64,000 nt of DNA. Origin: Deltaproteobacteria bacterium HGW-Deltaproteobacteria-2 (GTDB taxonomy: Bacteria; Desulfobacterota; Syntrophia; Syntrophales; Smithellaceae). The notes below the pieces were generated by a model. The model had not been told where the DNA came from and did not search any database. It saw nothing but the letters and a program-made list of their open reading frames with translations. The position numbers and the translations under genes are program-made. Where the stretch lies: assembly GCA_002840505.1 (NCBI GenBank), contig PHBC01000001.1, positions 703,738 through 767,737 of the forward strand. The letters are read 5' to 3'. This document shows, piece by piece, positions 56,107-63,857 of this stretch (position 1 is its first letter; each line of letters starts with the position of its first letter).

Positions 56107-57587
56107 GACATCCTGTCGAAGGCAAAAATATTGTTGTTATCGGCTCCGGTATCGGCGGTCTGAGCGCGGGCATTCTTTTGTCACTTTTAAATTTTAAAGT
56201 AACCGTTGTGGAAAAAAATCCTCTGCCCGGCGGTTTGATGCGTTCTTACCGTCGCGCTGGAATTGATTGCCCTGTCGGCGTGCATTATGTCGGTGCTCTG
56301 GGCAAGAACGAACTTTTAGGAAAAATGTTCCATGTTCTCGGCATATCGGTTGATGAACTTTTTACCCCTATGGGGCAAGAAGGCATTATCGACCGTTATA
56401 TTTTTGATGATTTAACTTTCGATTTGCCTATAAACGTTGACTCGTTGGAAAAAAGTCTGAGAATTGCTTTTCCTAAAGACACGGAAGCTCTGAACGTAAT
56501 AATGAAAAATTTGCGCGAAATTTCCCGACAGATGATGGACGATTCTTTTTTGTTCAGTCAGGGCAATCCCTTTCAGAATATGGACTACTATCTTCCCATG
56601 GGAGAATTACTCGACTCTCTGGAAGTGACGGCCGGTTTGCGGGCAGTTTTAGCTGTTCCCTGCAATCTGATCGGCGTAACACTTGGTGATTGTCCGGTAA
56701 TCTTTCATCACATGGTTTTAGCCAGTTATCTTTTTTCATCCTGGCGATTAAAAGAATGCGGTAGCAAGATGACAGATACTTTTGTTCGTCGTTTTGAAGA
56801 ACTGGGAGGAAAGCTCATCTTGAATGACGGTGTAAAAAAAATATCTTTCGCCGAAGGCAAGGTAACCGGGGTTATTTTGGAATCGGATACCGCACTTTTA
56901 GCTGATGGTGTCGTTGCTGCAATACATCCAAAAACACTGCTCCAGTTACTGGATAAGGATGTCTTGCGCGATTCCCACCAACGGCGCATTCAGGGACTTA
57001 AAGAAACAGAAGGCGTTATTGCCGTTCAGGTAAGCGTCGACGCCGTGGCTCATCCGAAAATCAATCACAATATCTACCGTCTCAGTAGAAACGAAAAAGG
57101 TATTATCGAAGATGGAGTATTTTATCAAGTACAAGGCACAAACTCTTCCGGTGTCAATCTACTTTCCATAATTACAAAATCTTTATACAGTGACTGGAGC
57201 CAATGGGAAAATACCTCTACAGGCAAACGAGGACAGGACTATGAAGAAAAGAAAATGAGCATCGCCAGGAATTTGCTTAATAAAGCGGATGAAATTTTTG
57301 GCAACCTGAAAGACGCCAAAATACTTGATGTTTATACTCCCCTGACTATTCGTGATTTTGTAAATGCTCCTGAAGGCGCCTGCTACGGCATAATGCGTTC
57401 GTCCCGTCAGTTGCTAAAAGTCGTTTCACTAAATAACATCCCTCTTCACGGCTTGTGCCTTGCCGGACAAAATTCTATTGCCCCGGGGGTTTTGGGCAGT
57501 ATATTAGGTTCTTTCAACGCGGCCAGACAAATTATCGGCCAAGAGAGATTTGCCCAGGCAATCAAATGGGATACGCAGAAAATATAA
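56103..57587 (+). CDS. NAD(P)/FAD-dependent oxidoreductase, phytoene-desaturase (CrtI) family
   Basis: The dinucleotide-binding motif is IVVIGSGIGGLSAGILL...VTVVEKNPLPGG. 494 aa. ATGA overlap with the upstream gene. Confidence 0.75.
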   Translation: MRHPVEGKNIVVIGSGIGGLSAGILLSLLNFKVTVVEKNPLPGGLMRSYRRAGIDCPVGVHYVGALGKNELLGKMFHVLGISVDELFTPMGQEGIIDRYIFDDLTFDLPINVDSLEKSLRIAFPKDTEALNVIMKNLREISRQMMDDSFLFSQGNPFQNMDYYLPMGELLDSLEVTAGLRAVLAVPCNLIGVTLGDCPVIFHHMVLASYLFSSWRLKECGSKMTDTFVRRFEELGGKLILNDGVKKISFAEGKVTGVILESDTALLADGVVAAIHPKTLLQLLDKDVLRDSHQRRIQGLKETEGVIAVQVSVDAVAHPKINHNIYRLSRNEKGIIEDGVFYQVQGTNSSGVNLLSIITKSLYSDWSQWENTSTGKRGQDYEEKKMSIARNLLNKADEIFGNLKDAKILDVYTPLTIRDFVNAPEGACYGIMRSSRQLLKVVSLNNIPLHGLCLAGQNSIAPGVLGSILGSFNAARQIIGQERFAQAIKWDTQKI

Positions 57588-57655
57588 ATCATTGAAAAGC
57601 AACGTGATATTTGTTAAAAGCGACAAAATCCATTCAGGAAGTTACATCAGATAAA

Positions 57656-57925
57656 ATGACACGTCAGGAAATAGAACTCGAAGTAAAAAATGTTTTTCAA
57701 CGGGAATTTGAAATCGCAAATCCGGACATGGATGCTGATTTGCGCGAAACTTACGAATTCGACAGCATTGATGCCATTGAACTTTTGCTGGCAATAGAAA
57801 CTTTTCTGGATACGGAAATTAGCCAGGAAGAAAAAAAACAGGCCATCAATATCCGCACAATAAATCAGATTTGCGACTATATTGAAAAGATCGCGCAAAA
57901 ACGAAACCTTTTTTCACCGGCATAG
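57656..57925 (+). CDS. acyl carrier protein (atypical, dedicated)
   Basis: The phosphopantetheine-attachment motif is EFDSIDAIELLLAIE. 89 aa from the ATG at 57656. The TTG at 57611 is less likely. Confidence 0.75.
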   Translation: MTRQEIELEVKNVFQREFEIANPDMDADLRETYEFDSIDAIELLLAIETFLDTEISQEEKKQAINIRTINQICDYIEKIAQKRNLFSPA

Positions 57926-57932
57926 AATAATT

Positions 57933-59171
57933 ATGGAACGCAGAGTTGTTATTACAGGTATGTCAGCTATTACGCCTATCGGTCATGGAAAAGACCGGAT
58001 AGTGGAAAGCCTGTTAAACGGAGTTTCCGGAATAAAACCATTGCGCGCAGAAGAGTTTCTCAGCCATTATATTCATTCCAAGGTTTATGGGACAGTAGAT
58101 TATCCCGTTGAGTATGATTTTAAAAGGATTCACCGCAAAACCATGGGACCGGTGGCCTATTACGCCTGCCAGGTGGCTAAGGAAGTTCTGGAGCAGACCG
58201 GACTGACTGAAGAGTTCATTACATCCGGAAGGCTAGGAGTGGCCTTCGGTTCCATTCACGGCTCTCCAACTGTGCAGAGAAATATTTACCGCATCTTCTT
58301 CGGAGCCACCGATAAATCAGCAGTCAAGGAAATCGGCGCAGTTGATTATTTGAAATCAATGGTGCACACGACCGCCGTCAATATTACCAAGATGTTCGGT
58401 ATTACTGGTCGCGTTATAGCTTCGGGAACCGCGTGCACCACAAGCTCCCAGTCAATAGGCTATGGTTATGAATCCGTCAAATTCGGTATGCAGGATGCCA
58501 TGCTTTGCGGCGGCGCCGATGAATACGATACAACCACGGTAGCCGTTTTCGATAATCTGCTGGCGTGTTCCACGGCGTTTAATGAAACACCTCAGAAAAC
58601 GCCTCGTCCTTTTGATAAAGATCGCGACGGTCTGGTGGTGGGTGAAGGCGCCGGCGCGGTCATGCTGGAAGAATACGAATTTGCCAAAAAACGTGGAGCA
58701 AATATCCTGGGTGAAGTCATCGGTTTTGCCTGCAACAATAACGGCGGCGATATGATTCTACCGAATTTAACAGGCATAACAAACACTCTGAAACTCGGCG
58801 TGGAAAACGCGAGAATCAATCCTCAGGCAGTTGACCTGATCAGCGCCCATGCCACCGCCACAAAGATGGGCGACATTATTGAAGCACAAGCTATCAGCGA
58901 CGTCTTTGGTAACAATCCTTATGTCATAGGCTTGAAAAGTTACACCGGCCATACCATGGCCGCCTGCGGCGCTATTGAAACAATCATGTCTCTCTATATG
59001 ATGCAGGAAGGATTTATCGCGCCGACATTGAACCTCGAAGAAATCGATGAACGCTGCGCGATGCTTAAACACGTACAGAAAGTATTGCAGCAACCAGCGA
59101 ATATAGCGGCCATACAAAATTTCGCCTTCGGCGGAGTCAATACCATCTTACTGATAAGAAAATTTTCCTGA
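57933..59171 (+). CDS. beta-ketoacyl-ACP synthase (KAS I/II type, Cys-His-His)
   Basis: MERRVVITGMSAITPIG, active-site GTACTTSS, and His motifs SAHATAT and YTGHTMAACG. Start trimmed to 57933. Confidence 0.85.
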   Translation: MERRVVITGMSAITPIGHGKDRIVESLLNGVSGIKPLRAEEFLSHYIHSKVYGTVDYPVEYDFKRIHRKTMGPVAYYACQVAKEVLEQTGLTEEFITSGRLGVAFGSIHGSPTVQRNIYRIFFGATDKSAVKEIGAVDYLKSMVHTTAVNITKMFGITGRVIASGTACTTSSQSIGYGYESVKFGMQDAMLCGGADEYDTTTVAVFDNLLACSTAFNETPQKTPRPFDKDRDGLVVGEGAGAVMLEEYEFAKKRGANILGEVIGFACNNNGGDMILPNLTGITNTLKLGVENARINPQAVDLISAHATATKMGDIIEAQAISDVFGNNPYVIGLKSYTGHTMAACGAIETIMSLYMMQEGFIAPTLNLEEIDERCAMLKHVQKVLQQPANIAAIQNFAFGGVNTILLIRKFS

Positions 59172-59178
59172 GATTAAA

Positions 59179-59970
59179 ATGTTTCTTGCCCGGTTTTTTC
59201 AATGCATAATTGATCTGCTCGTAACATTAATCCTGTGGAGTTATTTTCTTTTCGGTTATCTGTTTATTTTATTATTTTTTTATATACCCTTTTATCTTGC
59301 CGCGAAAAACAAAACAACAGCCTTGCAAAACATAAATCACGTTCATTTAAAGATTTTTTTTGCATTGGCACAAATACTTGTTCCCCGAACTAAATTTAAC
59401 ATTCCCGAAAATGTGCGGGAAATTCGTTCATCGGTTATTATTTGCAATCATCTATCCTATCTTGATCCTATCCTGCTCGTATCGCTTTTTCAAAGACAGC
59501 GGACAATTGTAAAGAATACTTTTTTCAAAGTCCCCGTTTTCGGCTGGTTTTTAAGAAATTACGGTTATATTTCCTCCGGTTCCGATGGAATAACCGGATC
59601 GGCAATGATCAACAATCTGGAGTCCATCAAGCAACATTTGAAGGAAGGTGGAATTTTATTTGTGTTCCCGGAAGGAACCAGAAGCCGCGATGGAAACCTT
59701 GCGCCTTTCAATAAAGGAGTTTTTACTATCGCCCGTTACTGCAATGCCCCGCTGAAACTTATTTTAATCACCGGAACGGATAAATTATTTTCACCGGGCC
59801 ATTTTTTATTTAACACCCGAGACTTTAATCACATTCAACTGGAATTAATTGGCTCTCTGGAACCAAAATACAAGGATAATAATTATTCCATTTCCGCTCT
59901 TGCCGATGAGGCCAGAAAAATTTTCGAAGAAAAAATAGCCAATTTAAAATCAGAAAAAAAAGGAGAGTAA
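59179..59970 (+). CDS. 1-acyl-sn-glycerol-3-phosphate / lysophospholipid acyltransferase (PlsC family)
   Basis: N-terminal TMs, HX4D motif (CNHLSYLDP), and FPEGTRS motif. Confidence 0.8.
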   Translation: MFLARFFQCIIDLLVTLILWSYFLFGYLFILLFFYIPFYLAAKNKTTALQNINHVHLKIFFALAQILVPRTKFNIPENVREIRSSVIICNHLSYLDPILLVSLFQRQRTIVKNTFFKVPVFGWFLRNYGYISSGSDGITGSAMINNLESIKQHLKEGGILFVFPEGTRSRDGNLAPFNKGVFTIARYCNAPLKLILITGTDKLFSPGHFLFNTRDFNHIQLELIGSLEPKYKDNNYSISALADEARKIFEEKIANLKSEKKGE

Positions 59971-59973
59971 GCT

Positions 59974-60531
59974 ATGGAATTGCAGGAAGCTATTTTAAAG
60001 CGACGAAGTGTAAGAAAATTTACCGAAGAAATTGTAACCGACGATGAACTTCGGCAAATATTCGAAGCCGTCCGATGGTCGCCTTCCTGGGCAAATACTC
60101 AAGTGTGGGAATTTATAGTTGTCCGTGATAAGGAGATAATCAAAAAGGTAACGGGTACTTATTCAGAACACAATCCAGCCACCACATGTTCACTTACCGC
60201 TTCAGCTTTAATCGTCGCCTGTGCCAGGACTGGCGTTTCCGGATGCTACGGTGGTAAGGAAGCCACAGCAATTCAAAACTGGTACATGTTTGATTTGGGC
60301 ATGGCTGTTCAGACTTTATGTTTGAAAGCTCATGAACTGGGTTTAGGAACTGTAGTGGTAGGTTTGCTGGACCATGAAACCTGTAAAAATATTCTCGATG
60401 TTGGGGAAGGCTATAAAGTAGTCGCTGTTATTCCCATTGGACGGCCTGCCATACCGCCAAGAGAAGGTCCTGCGCGCAAAGATCTTTCTGAAATTATTCA
60501 TCTGAACAGTTTCAATAAAGCGATGTTTTGA
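59974..60531 (+). CDS. nitroreductase family protein
   Basis: The typical N-terminus is AILKRRSVRKFTEE. 185 aa. Confidence 0.8.
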   Translation: MELQEAILKRRSVRKFTEEIVTDDELRQIFEAVRWSPSWANTQVWEFIVVRDKEIIKKVTGTYSEHNPATTCSLTASALIVACARTGVSGCYGGKEATAIQNWYMFDLGMAVQTLCLKAHELGLGTVVVGLLDHETCKNILDVGEGYKVVAVIPIGRPAIPPREGPARKDLSEIIHLNSFNKAMF

Positions 60532-60693
60532 TATAAATCCTTTGAGACTGTGACGAAAATTTCTTCTATTGAAACGAGAAGAGCTTTTTAGCTAGTAACA
60601 TCCATTAATTCCAAGAGTATATTTCTATAAAACGCAGCATACAATTTCAGCTAAAAAAATCATTGACTCATCAGAAAATATATCGTAGAAGGG

Positions 60694-60707
60694 AGACCGG
60701 TCGGTCT
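60694..60707. promoter_or_regulatory. palindromic operator candidate AGACCGGTCGGTCT (site 1)
   Basis: Arms AGACCG and CGGTCT with a 2-nt spacer, ending 2 nt before the TetR ATG. A near-identical copy lies at 61361-61374. Confidence 0.45.
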
Positions 60708-60709
60708 GT

Positions 60710-61315
60710 ATGATAAAAGAAACAGCAACATTAAAAGAACGGATCATTGAAGAGTCGCTTAAACTCTTTTCAGTTAAAGGGTATACTAGCACTTCAACGA
60801 CTGATATCATCGAAGCTGTCGGCACTTCCAAAGGTGGATTTTACAACCATTTTAAAAGCAAGGAACAGCTTTTTCGTGAAATGCTGAGCGCGGCCAGAAA
60901 AATCTGGCGCGAAAGAAATCTTTATAAAATAGATGATGAATCAAGGCCTCTTTTAAAAATACAAAAATTGCTGGAAAACTACCGAGACCGTTATCTTGCG
61001 GATTCAAAAAATTTCCCCGGCGGCTGCATTTTTGTAAATCTGGCGGTTGAACTGAGCGATCAGGCGCCGGACCTCGCCAAAGAAGTCAATACCGGATTCA
61101 TCCGGTTGGGAAAGATGATCAAACGCCTTCTGGATGAAGAGAAAAAATCGGGAGGCATCGACAGGAACGTGAATACCGAAGATGTAAGCAACATCGTATT
61201 TTCCGGCCTCCTCGGCGCGTGCGTATTGTACACATCCGACAAATCGAAAAAAAGGCTGAATTCGACAATCATTTCTCTCATTTCGTATCTTCAGAGCATA
61301 GATTCGAAAGGGTAA
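60710..61315 (+). CDS. TetR/AcrR family transcriptional regulator
   Basis: The HTH is IIEESLKLFSVKGYTSTSTTDIIEAVGTSKGGFYNHFKSKEQL. Confidence 0.85.
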   Translation: MIKETATLKERIIEESLKLFSVKGYTSTSTTDIIEAVGTSKGGFYNHFKSKEQLFREMLSAARKIWRERNLYKIDDESRPLLKIQKLLENYRDRYLADSKNFPGGCIFVNLAVELSDQAPDLAKEVNTGFIRLGKMIKRLLDEEKKSGGIDRNVNTEDVSNIVFSGLLGACVLYTSDKSKKRLNSTIISLISYLQSIDSKG

Positions 61316-61360
61316 GGTTTGATTTCATGAATAATGCCGTGTTTTTATATTAGTTAACTT

Positions 61361-61374
61361 AGGCCGGTCGGTCT
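61361..61374. promoter_or_regulatory. palindromic operator candidate AGGCCGGTCGGTCT (site 2)
   Basis: It matches site 1 at 13 of 14 positions and ends 27 nt upstream of the oxidoreductase ATG. Confidence 0.45.
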
Positions 61375-61401
61375 TGAATCAAAATTTACAGGAGGTCCAT
61401 C

Positions 61402-62400
61402 ATGGAAACAAAAAAATACCGCGCGCTTGTTATACGGGAATCGGCAGATAAAAAATTTTCAAGCGCCATAGAGGAATTATCGACAGAAAATCTTCCCGCG
61501 GGAGATGTTCTCGTCCGCGTACTCTACTCATCGCTTAATTTCAAGGACATGCTTTCTGCTTCGGGAAACAGAGGCGTTACAAAAAAATATCCGCACACGC
61601 CGGGCATAGACGCCGCCGGAATTGTGGAAAAAAGCAGTTCGGAAGACTTTAAGCCGGGCGAGGAAGTTATTGTCACAAGTTACGATCTCGGCATGAACAC
61701 CTCAGGCGGATTGGGACAGTATATCCAGGTTCCGGCTTCATGGATTGTCAAAAAACCTGCAAAGCTGGCTCTGCGCGAAAGCATGATATTCGGCACCGCG
61801 GGGCTTACCGCCGCACTGTCCATTCTTAAACTCACCGATCACGGATTAAGAGAAGGCGCCGAGATTCTCGTAACAGGCGGAAGCGGCGGAGTCGGAAGCA
61901 GCGCCGTATCGATACTTTCACACGCCGGTTACCAGGTTACAGCGGTCAACGGAATTTACGACGAAAGCTCTTTTATTAAAAGCATGGGCGCGGCTGAAGT
62001 CATTGAGATACCCGATCCGGCCGAATCGGCGGGAAAACCTCTTCTTAAGGAAAGGTGGGATGCCGCCGTTGATACTCTGGGAGGCAATCTTCTTACTTTT
62101 GCCTTGAGATCGGTAAAGAGCAACGGAGCGGTTACCTGCTGCGGCAATGCGGCATCGGCTGACCTATCGCTTACGGTATATCCCTTTATCTTACGCGGCA
62201 TCACGCTGTACGGAATCGACTCCCAGAACTGTCCCATGCGAACAAGGGAAAGGGCGTGGGAACTGATGGCAGGCCTTTGGAAATACCCGTGGATCGAATC
62301 CATCGCCACGGAGGTAAAGCTTCAAAACGTTATCCCCGAAATTGAGAAAATAAAAGCAGGCAAACACAGAGGAAGAATAATTGTCGATATGCAGGATTAA
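61402..62400 (+). CDS. YhdH/YhfP (AcuI-like) family NADPH:quinone / acrylyl-CoA oxidoreductase (MDR superfamily)
   Basis: VRVLYSSLNFKDMLSASGNRGVTKKYPHTPGIDAAGIV and the cofactor motif VTGGSGGVGS. Confidence 0.8.
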   Translation: METKKYRALVIRESADKKFSSAIEELSTENLPAGDVLVRVLYSSLNFKDMLSASGNRGVTKKYPHTPGIDAAGIVEKSSSEDFKPGEEVIVTSYDLGMNTSGGLGQYIQVPASWIVKKPAKLALRESMIFGTAGLTAALSILKLTDHGLREGAEILVTGGSGGVGSSAVSILSHAGYQVTAVNGIYDESSFIKSMGAAEVIEIPDPAESAGKPLLKERWDAAVDTLGGNLLTFALRSVKSNGAVTCCGNAASADLSLTVYPFILRGITLYGIDSQNCPMRTRERAWELMAGLWKYPWIESIATEVKLQNVIPEIEKIKAGKHRGRIIVDMQD

Positions 62401-62587
62401 ATAATCAGCTAATGCAACACTCGTTCTACAGTAAATCTGCACACGTTGCAGAAGAACGATTAGCGGAGAATATTAACTCATAGCTTACCTGGGAGCACAA
62501 GATTCGTGATTGACATACAGGATACTTCTTCCTATACTCTGTTGCGTCAAAACTAACTTTTTCTAAATGAAAATTGAAGGAGCAAAT

Positions 62588-63724
62588 ATGAATATTGATG
62601 AAAAATACAAAAAAGCCGGTGAAATAATCAGTACAGCAGGAGGAACTCCGATTCCTGTTAACGATACTCTTATTAAAATTTTAAAATATTTCATCATGGA
62701 AGATGAATTGGATTTCATCACCGCTTTCAGCGACAAAAAATCTCAAACCATGGAACAGTTGAAGCAGTCGAGCGGATTATCGGAAGAAGAAATCAATAAA
62801 AAAGTGAAGAATCTGTCGCACAGAGGCGTTATCTTCAATCAGCCCAACAGCAAGGGGCTGATGGTGTTTAGATTACTGCCTCTGGTAAACGTGGGAACCT
62901 TTGAATACACTTTTATGGGCAAGATTGAGAAGAACGAACGAAACAGGGAAATATCCCTGTTATTCGATAAATTGTTCGCGGAATTAGAGCAAATGGTCCA
63001 GACTAATTATGATGCGCTTATTCCTCACCTATCGACTTTACCACCGGTCGACAGAACAGTGCCCATTTTTGATAACAAACCCAAAAACGAGAAAATAAAA
63101 ATTGTCATCGATCAGGAAATCAGCGCCGCTGCCGATAAAATTGTCCCAACCAAAAAAGTTGAGGAATTAATTCAAAAATTTGATGAAATCGCTGTGGGAC
63201 ATTGTTTTTGCCGACATCATAAAGACATGTCCGGAACTCCCTGCAAACAGACGAATGAAAGAGAAAACTGTTTTACTTTCGGCAAATCGGCAAGATTTAC
63301 TTCAGAGCAGGGTTTTTCAAGAATGATTTCAAAAGATGAAGCCCTGGTTATCTTAAAGAAAGCCGAGGATGCAGGACTGGTACATAAGGCCTATCACCCG
63401 AATTTCGACACAAGTAAGGACGAAACAAGTATTTGCAATTGCTGCCGCTGCTGCTGCGCTAACGGCGTCGATAACATGATCATACCGATTGCGAACGCGA
63501 CCAATTTCCTATCTGTGGTTAATACCGATCTCTGCATCGGATGCGGCAACTGTGTTAAGCACTGTCATACATACGCGGCTTATTTAACTGACGATAAAAA
63601 AGCCGGCCGCAAAGCGGAACTTTGTATTGGCTGCGGAGTTTGCGCGCATTTATGCCCGCAAAACGCGATATCAATGATTGAAGGCAAAGAAAGAATCGTA
63701 AGGATTAAGCCGAAAAAGAAATAG
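62588..63724 (+). CDS. Cys-rich Fe-S protein with C-terminal 2x[4Fe-4S] ferredoxin domain
   Basis: CIGCGNCVKHC and CIGCGVCAHLCP motifs, plus upstream GHCFCRHHK...C and ICNCCRCCC clusters. Start set at MNIDEKY (62588) with AAGGAG SD. Confidence 0.7.
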   Translation: MNIDEKYKKAGEIISTAGGTPIPVNDTLIKILKYFIMEDELDFITAFSDKKSQTMEQLKQSSGLSEEEINKKVKNLSHRGVIFNQPNSKGLMVFRLLPLVNVGTFEYTFMGKIEKNERNREISLLFDKLFAELEQMVQTNYDALIPHLSTLPPVDRTVPIFDNKPKNEKIKIVIDQEISAAADKIVPTKKVEELIQKFDEIAVGHCFCRHHKDMSGTPCKQTNERENCFTFGKSARFTSEQGFSRMISKDEALVILKKAEDAGLVHKAYHPNFDTSKDETSICNCCRCCCANGVDNMIIPIANATNFLSVVNTDLCIGCGNCVKHCHTYAAYLTDDKKAGRKAELCIGCGVCAHLCPQNAISMIEGKERIVRIKPKKK

Positions 63725-63827
63725 CGCTTTGATCGGAAGCGCATTCCGTAAGGAGAGCGCATAATAAAGATGACCTTACATTGCCGATAATTTTCGCCAA
63801 TATGGCGAAAACTTTCTTTATAATTGG
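63721..63827. repeat. 107-bp structured repeat, right (inverted) copy of 44364-44471
   Basis: Its reverse complement aligns with 44364-44471. It begins within the TAG stop of the Fe-S protein gene. Confidence 0.75.
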
Positions 63828-63857
63828 CATTACCTATTCTATTAAAGGAGAAGATGT

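Noticed and set aside
53594-59171. Interpretation as the ordinary housekeeping fabZ-fabG-acpP-fabF locus
   Set aside because: There is no fabH, fabD or plsX, and the ACP is atypical (DSID, longer N-terminus). A LolA-like carrier, a lipoprotein and a CrtI-like gene are interleaved with overlapping stops and starts. Confirming this still needs the real fab locus to be found elsewhere in the genome.
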